A DNA stretch of 9,173 bases from Octopus sinensis. Its lineage: Eukaryota. The stretch is from positions 1 through 9,173 of the forward strand of contig NW_021828235.1 of NCBI RefSeq assembly GCF_006345805.1. Reading direction: 5' to 3'. The notes beneath the pieces are model-generated. The model had not been told where the DNA came from. It ran no database searches and saw only the letters and a list, made by a program, of their open reading frames with translations. Position 1 is the stretch's first letter; the number at the start of each line of letters is the position of its first letter. Made by a program: the position numbers and the translations under genes. Below, in pieces: positions 1 to 7,683 of the stretch.

Positions 1-207
1 AATTGTTAGCACGCTGGACGAAATGCTTAGCGGCATTTCACCCGTCGCTACGTTCTGAGTTCAAATTCCTCTGAGGTCGACTTGGCCTTCCATCCTTTCG
101 GGGTTGATAAATTAAGTACCAGTGAAATTCTAGTGTCGATGCAATCGACTTGTGCCCTTGCCCCAAATTTCAGCCCTTTATACTTATAGTAGAAGGAATT
201 ATTATAT
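1..207 (+). mobile_element. tRNA-derived SINE family A, copy 1 (5' end cut by window edge)
   Basis: B-box-like GAGTTCAAATTCC at 57-69, then central block GTCGACTTGGCCTTCCATCCTTTCGGGGTTGATAAATTAAGTACCAG, GTCGATGCAATCGAC hairpin and tail TATAGTAGAAGGAATTATTAT; aligns by eye with 9006-9173. Confidence 0.9.
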
Positions 208-216
208 TGTATTATA

Positions 217-420
217 AGGAGGTGAGTTGGCAGATTCGTTAGCACGCCAGACAAAATGTTTAGCAGTATATTGTCCGTCTTTAGGGTCTTATTTCAAATT
301 CCATCGCGGCCGCTTTTGCCTTTCATCAATTTAAGATCGATAAAATATATACCAGTCATATACAGGGGCCGATGTAATTGACTGTCCCTCCTTCTCTGTT
401 ATTGTAGAAAAGGTTATATT
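217..420 (+). mobile_element. SINE family A, copy 2 (diverged, near full length)
   Basis: Head AGGAGGTGAGTTGGCAGATTCGTTAGCACGCC (A-box-like), TTCAAATTCC, TTTGCCTTTCATC..GATAAAAT..ACCAG, tail GTAGAAAAGG. Confidence 0.85.
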
Positions 421-432
421 ATATCATATTAT

Positions 433-572
433 AAATTCCGCCGAGTTCGACTTTACCTTTCATTTTTTCGGAGTCGATAAATTAAGTATCAGTCAAGCAC
501 TGGGTTCAATGTAACCGACTTAACCCTCCCTCAAAATTGATGGCCTTGAGCCAAAATTTGAAATCATTATAT
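433..572 (+). mobile_element. SINE family A, copy 3 (5'-truncated)
   Basis: Starts AAATTCCGCCGAGTTCGACTTTACCTTTCAT, contains GTCGATAAATTAAGTATCAG, ends with alternative tail GGCCTTGAGCCAAAATTTGAAATC. Confidence 0.85.
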
Positions 573-581
573 TGTATTATA

Positions 582-1086
582 CTAGTCGAATAGCCCGTTG
601 TTGCCGGGCAACTTTTACGATAATATGTTTTATATTAATTTTTGTTTATTGCATGTCAAACCATACCTTCTCCGATAGATAGGCCTCTTGATCAGGACAG
701 ATTTGTGCAATTTTTCGCAAAAAGACTTCGTTGAGGATTTTTTCCCTTCTTAAATTACTTACATGTCTAGTCGACTATTTCACATGACTTTATTCATTAA
801 AACTTATTAAGACCTCAGAAGTACTTACAATTATAGTAATAGAATTATAATTGGATTTTTAAAACATAGAATCGCATTGAAGAATCAAAGGGGCCTATAG
901 GCAAAAAATGGTTGAGAATTAACCATTTTTCTAGCGGTAGTTAGTCACACTTGGAGATCCAAGTGTGACGATTGCTTCTGATAGGATAGGACCCTATATA
1001 GGAGGTCCCTGAGGCCTCTACCCGACGACCCAACCTGGAATACTAAGCGGAAAAGATGGATAGATGGATATTATTAGTTTATATGA
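582..1086 (-). mobile_element. Putative non-autonomous Helitron-type (rolling-circle) element
   Basis: Minus strand ends GCCCG-GCAACAA-CGGGC hairpin (593-609), 7 nt spacer, then CTAG|T (582-585, flanking T at 581), the canonical Helitron 3' end geometry. Candidate 5' end TCATATAAAC at 1086 is tentative. Internal hairpins at 904-930 and 944-969. Confidence 0.45.
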
Positions 1087-1133
1087 CCTCAAGTTTCCTG
1101 CACCTAAGGAAAATTTGGGGTATTCAGGGGTGG

Positions 1134-1385
1134 TATGTCTGATTATATGTTTGCTCTTTTAGGACTAACCTGGGATTAAACACTACCAGCAATAACAACA
1201 ACAGTTCAACACGAATAAGCAAGGGAGGCATCTGCACAGTTGCTCATCCTAATAGAAATAACAGCCAAATCTCCCTCAAATTACACTCAGCTGTCTCAAA
1301 TAAGGGAAAGCAAGATTATTCAGAAATGGTGTCTTTGAGCATATGTCTGATTATTAAGGACTGACATAGCAACAGCAACAATAAC
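1134..1385 (+). repeat. Dispersed repeat family D, two partial copies with (CAA)-like tails
   Basis: TATGTCTGATTAT..AGGACT at 1134 and 1342, each followed by a CAGCAA(T/C)AAC-like run; 1225-1285 (TAGAAATAACAGCCAAATCTCCCTCA) is the reverse complement of blocks at 4206-4270, 4432-4487 and 4499-4548. Confidence 0.55.
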
Positions 1386-1470
1386 CTGACGGGCAGACAG
1401 CAATATATAGATGTATATGTGTGGGGGAGGGGGTGTACATCATACAAATATACATATATGCATATGCTTG

Positions 1471-1575
1471 TTTTATCTTTTATCTTTTACTTGTTTCAAT
1501 CGTTCAAGCGCGACCATGCTGGAGCACCGCCATCAGGTATTTTAGTCGAAGGAATCGCTCCTAGTATTTATTTTG
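1471..1575 (-). mobile_element. SINE family B, 3' end fragment
   Basis: Reverse complement reads ..TTCGACTAAAA..GGCGGTGCTCCAGCATGGTCGCG..TGAAACAAGTAAAAGATAAAAGATAAAA (short tandem-repeat tail); matches plus copy 1760-1833. Confidence 0.75.
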
Positions 1576-1649
1576 AAAATAAAAATTGTGTACATACATA
1601 CATACATATATATTTGTGTGCGTGTGTGTATATGTGTGTGTGTGATAGT

Positions 1650-1833
1650 GACTGTGTTTGTCGTCACACCGCTGGACAGTCGGTGTTGGTTTGTTTACGT
1701 GCCCGTAACATTAGCAGTTTGGCAAAAGAGAGATTGATAGAATAAGTAGCAGGCTTTAGAAACATAAGTACTGGGGTCGAGGTCTTCGACCAAAACGTTT
1801 CAGGGCGGTACTCCAGCGTGGCCGCACTCAAAA
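1650..1833 (+). mobile_element. SINE family B, 3' half, preceded by (TG)/(TA) microsatellite
   Basis: GATAGAATAAGTAGCAGG..AAGTACTGGGGTCGAGGTCTTCGACC..GGCGGTACTCCAGCGTGGCCGCACTCAAA; inverted homolog at 1471-1575. Confidence 0.75.
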
Positions 1834-1839
1834 GATTCA

Positions 1840-2350
1840 TAACAACACATGAAACACACCAGCAATAACAACCACAACAACAACTGCTATTACGGAAATA
1901 ACAAGTGCAAATCCAACCATAATGACACCAACAACAACAACAGCAATAATGACAGAACAACGACTGCGAATGTTGTATTGGCAACAACAAAAACAACAGC
2001 AACAACAGCAACCACAAAAGCGAGTACAAACGCAGCACGAACAACAACAACAATCGCAAGAACAGCGCATCCAAATTCAATAAGACGACGACCACCACCA
2101 CAAACAAAACAACAACAACAGCAACGACAACAGGAAGAAGAACAACAATAACAGTAACGACAACAACAACAACTACTACTATTGCAACAGCGAGAACAAC
2201 GCCACCAACGTTAACAAGACCTCCGCCGCCGCTACCACCACCACCACCACCACAACCACTAACAACAACGACGACGGCGGCAAACGCAAGACCAACGCCA
2301 CCAACGTGAACAAGATCTCACCACCACCCCCGACAACAAAAACAACAATA
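1840..2350. repeat. Cryptic trinucleotide microsatellite region (CAA/CAG/CAC/CGA)
   Basis: Degenerate ACA/CCA triplet runs; produces spurious poly-N/T/Q and poly-C/V/L ORFs in several frames. Confidence 0.9.
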
Positions 2351-2689
2351 TAAGTTACAAGACTTGCTCTAATAGGTCACTCCAGAACACATCCACGAGA
2401 TGTCCTTTAAAAGTTCGGGTAGGGAGCTAGGGTGGATGGTTTAATGGATAATGGCAGAATTGACGATGGTAATGGTGGAAGGGGTGGGTCGGTGGGCTGG
2501 TGAGGGTGAATAAGGGCTCTGGGAAGTTTTCCAGCAATTAAAATAAGTTTTTGGATTTTATAATGTACGATAATAAACCTATCCTTTTGAGTAAGGATGG
2601 AAAGGGTGTTCCGGGTAGGGAGGTGCAGGATAAAAGAAGTGTGTTTATTTATTGTGGGTAGGTTGTGGGAGAGGGTATTAAAGCGATGA

Positions 2690-2912
2690 TATACATGTGT
2701 GTGTATGTATACACATAAAAATATATTCATATTTATATATTGTGTATTATATAAATATATATATATATATATATATAATATATATATATAATATATATAT
2801 ATATATACACACACATATATATATACATCTATATATATATATTATATATACATGCATACACATATTAATATACACATATATATATATGCATATATGTATG
2901 TATGTATGTATG

Positions 2913-2950
<38 letters not shown>

Positions 2951-3173
2951 CACTATATATCTACACACACACATATATAACATCTATATATATATATATA
3001 TATACATGAATACACATATTAATATACACATATATATATATGCATATATGTATGTATGTATGTATGTATATATATATATATACATGTATATTATGTAAAT
3101 GTAGATATAAAGATAAGCACACATACATATAAATTATATATAAACATATATACACAAATATACATACAGACAA

Positions 3174-3204
<31 letters not shown>

Positions 3205-3321
3205 ATATATACATACATATATATATATACACACATAATACATATATCTATACATATATATACATATATCTATATTATGTATATATTTTATATTCTTATA
3301 TATCATATATATATATATAAT

Positions 3322-3364
<43 letters not shown>

Positions 3365-3382
3365 TATTATATATATATATAC
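2690..3382. repeat. Compound (TA)n/(TATG)n/(CA)n microsatellite with internal tandem duplication
   Basis: Near-continuous alternating purine-pyrimidine AT-rich sequence; block 2806-2929 recurs at 2963-3085. Confidence 0.95.
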
Positions 3383-3554
3383 ACGCGCGCGTGCCCAAAC
3401 TTTCATGCAGACACACACGCAATGAATGAACTGAGTCACATTGAAAACTTAGAAAAAGTTAAGTTCTTTAGAGAATGTAAAAATATGCGCATACGCTCGT
3501 ACTTCTTCCACCACATACTCTTACACATACATGCATATATAGACAGAGTGATAT

Positions 3555-3556
<2 letters not shown>

Positions 3557-3646
<90 letters not shown>

Positions 3647-3662
3647 TGATCTATCTATCTAT
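3557..3662 (+). repeat. (CT)n followed by (CTAT)n microsatellite
   Basis: Direct reading of the sequence. Confidence 0.97.
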
Positions 3663-3885
3663 GTTTGTTTTTATGTTTAGTTATAATAAATGCAATTTCA
3701 CATTGAACTGAGAAGTTGCTCTATACTTTTGTAAAGTACCAAATTTATTTTTTTTTAACAAGAATATTGTTGACAGTGACTTCGAAGTTCCGGACAGTTA
3801 AGCCATCGTCACTGTATCTATATAGATATTTATTATTCTTATTTAAGTACAATAATTATCTAGATACATACAGCAAGAAAGAACG

Positions 3886-4002
<117 letters not shown>

Positions 4003-4099
4003 TGAGGAAGGCAAAAGAGCGAGACATGAGGAGAAAGATAGGTTGTTTGGTAATTCCTTTTGGTGTTGTTGCTTCCCCACGACCCGGTATGACAGCGAA

Positions 4100-4548
4100 A
4101 ACCTATGATCTAACATATTCCCTTCCAGCTAAGACCATCCAACCTTTTATTTCGGCAATTCATCAAGTACTTATCAAGCACGTCCTTCCACGTTTAAAGA
4201 CATTTGTGTGTATTATGGGTTGGCATTTAGGTATTATTTCTATCAAGTCGAGTGACCATGTATAATCTCCCCCAAATGACCGCCTTTTATATTTATCAAA
4301 TTTCATTTCTATAGGAGCGGATGTAGTTTTAAAAGCTTTCCAACCATGACCACCTCATTAACAAAGACTTAACATATCCAGGATTACATTATCTGACGTG
4401 TTCCTCACTTTTCATAGCAACATGCTCCAATGTGAGGGAGATTTAGTTACTAATTCTAGGATGTCAAGCGTCCACATATAGGCTCTCTAACGATGGAAAG
4501 GAGATTTGACTGCTTTTTCAAGCATATGAGATGGCCACATAAGGCTCC
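4100..4548 (-). repeat. Dispersed repeat family D, two degenerate ~215-bp tandem units plus a partial third
   Basis: TTCCAGCTAAGACCATCC (4123) vs TTCCAACCATGACCACCT (4338); ATTTAGGTATTATTTCTA (4225) vs ATTTAGTTACTAATTCTA (4441) vs ATTTGACTGCTTTTTCAA (4504); inverted relative to the copy at 1225-1285. Confidence 0.6.
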
Positions 4549-4553
4549 GTTTT

Positions 4554-4776
4554 AATATCGGTTTCAAATTTTGGCACAAGGCCAGAAAATTCGGGGGCTG
4601 AAAGTAAGTCGATTATATTGACCCTAGTACTCAACTGGCACTTATTTTATCGACCCTGAAAGGAAAAAGGGTAACGTCGACCTCAGCGGAATTTGAACTC
4701 AGAACGTAAGACGAATGAAATGCCGCTGAGCTTTTTGCCTAGCATGCTTACGATTCTATAGTTTGTTCGCTACCTT
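4554..4776 (-). mobile_element. SINE family A, copy 4 (full length) with probable target-site duplication
   Basis: Plus strand shows GGTTTCAAATTTTGGCACAAGG (tail), GGAATTTGAACTCAGAACG (B box), CGCTACCTT (head). Flanked by TTAATATCGgTTTC (4552-4565) and TTAATATCGtTTTC (4775-4788). Confidence 0.9.
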
Positions 4777-4989
4777 AATATCGTTTTCGAGTCATCCATT
4801 TATTTTGACTACAAGATTACAGCAAATTATAGAATATCAATTGACATGATAAGGAAAGGAAATAAAATATTTGGAGTCCATGCTCAATAATGACAAGGAG
4901 CTAAATTAGGAGCAGGGAGTCAAGAGCCCCTGATCCGTCAAAAGCAAAAAAAAAAAAAGGGTAATACCAGAGGTTACCTTCTGTTTATT

Positions 4990-5206
4990 TTGGGGTGGGG
5001 GGCAGATCCACCATCCGTCGCCGACTTGGCAAGCCTGTCGTGAGTGACTTCTCCTTATTACTCAATTTTGCTAGCGGTGTGGAGTATAGCAACGTGATAT
5101 AAAGTATTTTGCTCATGAACACCATGCATCGCCCGGTCCAGCAATCGAAACCATAGACCTCTGATCATAAACCTAACACCCCTAACCACTTAATTACGCG
5201 CCTTCA
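4990..5206 (-). mobile_element. tRNA-derived SINE family C (old, degenerate), possible CORE-like block
   Basis: Reverse complement: GAAGGCGCGTAATTAAGTGGTTAGG (A-box-like), GGTTTCGATTGC (B-box-like), GTGTTCATGAGCAAAATACTT (resembles the GTGTCCTTGGGCAAG.CACTT block that follows the tRNA head in CORE-type SINEs). Left boundary uncertain. Confidence 0.6.
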
Positions 5207-5237
5207 TTGTTCGTCAAAGCACTGTTTAAGAGAACAA

Positions 5238-5450
5238 TTCTTTTTAATTTTTGGCACAAGGTCAATAATTTTGTGGAGAAATGGTGGGGGAAGTCGATTA
5301 CATCGGCGTTAGTGTTAAAATGGTACCTCATGTTATCAACCTCGAAATGATAAAAGGCACAATGGAGCTCGATGAGACTTGAACTCCGAACGCAAAGAGC
5401 AGCAAACATTTTGTTCGATGCGCTAAAAATTCTGCTAGCTTGCCACCTTT
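5238..5450 (-). mobile_element. SINE family A, copy 5 (diverged)
   Basis: TTTTGGCACAAGG tail, AAGTCGATTACATCG, CTTGAACTCCGAACG, head TTCTGCTAGCTTGCCACCTT. Confidence 0.8.
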
Positions 5451-5459
5451 AATGGTAAT

Positions 5460-5595
5460 GTTGGCACAAGGTTTGAAAATTGATAGTTGATTATAGCGAC
5501 AGCAGAGCTCAGCTGGTACTTATTTCATCGACCAGGAAAGGAAAAGTCCACCTTGGCGGCATTCGAACCCACAACGTAAAGACGAACGAAATGCC
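5460..5595 (-). mobile_element. SINE family A, copy 6 (lacks 5' head, fused to copy 7)
   Basis: TTGGCACAAGG tail, CTGGTACTTATTTCATCGACC, GGCATTCGAACCCACAACGTAAAGACGAACGAAATGCC, then an abrupt junction with the tail of copy 7. Confidence 0.8.
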
Positions 5596-5828
5596 TATTT
5601 CTTTACTACCCACAAGGGGTTAAACACAGACAGGACAAACAAGGACAGACAAACGGATTAAGTCGATTATATCGACCCCAGTGTGTAACTGGTACTTATT
5701 TAAACGACCCCGAAAGGATGAAAAGCAAAGTCGACCTCGGCGGAATTAGAACTCAGAACGTAGAGGCAAACGATATACTGGTAAGCATTTCACCCGGCGT
5801 GCTAATCTCTCTGCCAGCTCGCCGCCTT
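5594..5828 (-). mobile_element. SINE family A, copy 7 (full length, distinct 3' tail)
   Basis: Reverse complement starts AAGGCGGCGAGCTGGCAGA..TTAGCACGCCGGGTGAAATGCTTA, has a well-conserved central block, and ends CCGTTTGTCTGTCCTTGTTTGTCC..CCCCTTGTGGGTAGTAAAGAAATAGG. Confidence 0.92.
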
Positions 5829-5844
5829 AATAATAATAATAATG

Positions 5845-5898
<54 letters not shown>

Positions 5899-5928
5899 GT
5901 AGTAGTAGTAGTAATAATAATAATAATA
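5828..5928 (+). repeat. (TAA)n microsatellite with short (TAG)n insert
   Basis: Direct reading; abuts the 5' truncation point of the retrotransposon. Confidence 0.97.
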
Positions 5929-7101
5929 GATAAATTGTTGGAGAAAGAAATGACAGAAAAATTTAAGGTGGAGTACTTGCGCAGATTGAGACTGATCCTT
6001 AAGTCAAAATTAAGCGGACGGAATAAGATTGAAGCTATCAACACCTGGGCGGTTTCACTACTTAGACGTGGAGCAGGGGAAATCGCATGGACAGTAGACA
6101 AACTAAACAGCTTAGACAGAAAGACAAAGAAATCGCTGACTAAATATGAGATACGTCACCCAAAAAGTGACAGACAGACTGTATGTAACACAGCATTAGA
6201 GTAGAAGAAAACAACACAGCATGGTATGTAAAAAAAATGTACACAACTACTAATATTAGAAGTAAGAAGAGCAGGCATGTGTAGGATGGAATATTGCAAA
6301 GATAAAGGACTTGAGAATGAATGAAACTGAAAATAGGTGGATAAAGAAAAGAATAAATGAACCGTTTCATAGAGATGTTGAGGATAAGACAGACAGAGAA
6401 AAAGATGGCTATAGATGACTAAAAGTGATTTAAAATCGAAAACAGAGGCTCCAATCTGTGCTGCCCAAGAGCAAACATTAAGATCCAATTACACCAAATA
6501 TAAAATAGACAACACATCAGAAATCGATAAGTGCAGAATTTGTGGACAAAATGGTGAAACCGTATAGCATATTACCAGTCAATGTACGCCACTAGCCCCG
6601 AAAGTATATAACATGCGTCATGACAATATAGCAAGGATTGTTTATTGGACACTTTGCAACAAGTATGGATTTGACAGAGCAAAAAACTGGTACGAACATA
6701 AGCGCGAAGGTGTCATCGAAAATGATAATGCAAAGATCTTATGGGATTTTATGATTCAGTGCAACTATGAAATAAAGAGTAAGAAACCAGACATAGTGTT
6801 AATTGAAAAAGAAAGCAAACGATACTGGATCATGGATATAGCATGCCCAGCTGACAATAAGGTATGCGATAAGGAAGAAAGAAAAGTCGATAGATATGAC
6901 AGGTTAGCTTGGGAGGTTAAACAGTTGCGGGCGATAAAAAAGGTGGTAATAGTACTAATAACTGTCGGAGCCCTGGGATCAGCGAGTAAAAATATTGAGA
7001 AGTACATGGAATAAATAGGGACTGCAATAAGGATGGAACACTTGCAGAAAACAGCACTGCTTGGAACCGCTCAAATACTCAGGATGGTGCTCGAAAAATA
7101 A
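5929..7101 (+). pseudogene. Disrupted ORF of the R4/Dong-like element (RT C-terminus, zinc knuckle, RLE)
   Basis: In-frame stops at 6412-6414 and 6565-6567 (TAG) and 7012-7014 (TAA); -1 frameshift in A-run 6399-6403; deletion near 6186 where a GG.G motif is expected; RT catalytic core absent. Confidence 0.88.
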
Positions 7102-7117
7102 GGGGTGTTACCTTAGT
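5929..7117 (+). mobile_element. 5'-truncated, decayed non-LTR retrotransposon of RLE type, R4/Dong-like
   Basis: Post-RT/thumb segment EYLRRLRLILKSKLSGRNKIEAINTWAVSLL..LDRKT..HPKSD, then ICAAQEQTLRSN, CCHC knuckle C-X2-C-X8-H-X4-C (6532-6585), RHD (6616-6624), KILWDF..KPDIVL..IMDIACP..KVDRY (PD-(D/E)xK restriction-like endonuclease), VGALG, C-terminal LQKTALLGTAQILR. Native stop TAA 7099-7101; flanked by TAA repeats. Confidence 0.92.
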
Positions 7118-7136
7118 AATAACAATAATGATAATA

Positions 7137-7607
7137 TGGTATAAAAGTTGGGCTACAGCAAATATTCTGCTCAATACCACAGATTTGCTTGTCAATTGTT
7201 TGACCTTAAGCAGTTGAGTTTGTCCCTTAGTGGCTGACGATATGTGCATCTCTGATCATGAGCAGAGGTAGTAGGGGAGCATCATAACCATTTGTTGAGA
7301 GGAATTCGTTGGCGTTTCAATACTTCACCTTTGGAAACATGGGTGGTTCGTCCAACATCTTTAAATAAACCTTATTCAGAGGCCATCTGAGCAGGATGGG
7401 CTACTCAACATGAAGAAACTTCTAACTGGATCCCACCTGCAAGGTCATGAGCTGTTTATTTTGATATGAGATGATCATGTCACGCACATATGGTTGTGAT
7501 GCATGTGTCTGGTGTACCTTTATCAGACGGGTAGACATGATGGGTATACTGGGGTTCGTATATTTTACCCCAGTGCTACTTTGGTGGCATGTACTGTTCT
7601 CTCACTC
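7137..7607 (+). mobile_element. Second (AAT)n-tailed element: probable 3' end of another non-LTR retrotransposon (alternatively a long 3' UTR of the upstream element)
   Basis: 470 bp of complex sequence bounded by degenerate TAA repeats (7117-7136) and a long (AAT)n run starting at 7608; opens with short frame WYKSWATANILLNTTDLLVNCLTLSS* (7137-7217). Confidence 0.55.
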
Positions 7608-7663
<56 letters not shown>

Positions 7664-7683
7664 TAATAATAATGATAATAATC
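7608..7683 (+). repeat. (AAT)n microsatellite, equal to the (ATT)n tail of minus-strand SINE copy 8
   Basis: Direct reading; contiguous with the SINE 3' end ATCTTTTCTACT. Confidence 0.95.

Noticed and set aside
48-254. ORF ending EFELRT, and the similar ORFs 5194-5409 and 5718-5933 (MKSKVDLGGIRTQNV)
   Set aside because: Antisense readings of family-A SINE copies.
1-572. CRISPR-like repeat-spacer pattern
   Set aside because: Repeats are ~200-bp diverged SINE units, not short identical repeats with unique spacers; no cas genes.
1664-2151. Cys-rich, Leu/Val-rich and Asn/Thr/Gln-rich ORFs (metallothionein-, membrane- or mucin-like appearance)
   Set aside because: These are overlapping frames of a CAA/TTG microsatellite and extend into a SINE; there is no domain or splice evidence.
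2407-3649. YI/IY-repeat and LSIY-repeat ORFs
   Set aside because: Translations of (TA)n and (CTAT)n microsatellites.
3767-3816. Possible pre-miRNA hairpin
   Set aside because: Only an 8-bp stem with a poorly paired 27-nt interior; too short for a Drosha substrate.
4909-4960. Hairpin GGAGCAGGG/CCCTGATCC followed by poly-A (terminator-like on minus strand)
   Set aside because: Imperfect stem in eukaryotic context; likely chance or a retroposon tail remnant.
5802-7007. Minus-strand ORFs 5802-6101, 6140-6370, 6156-6488 and 6765-7007
   Set aside because: Shadow frames opposite the retrotransposon ORF.
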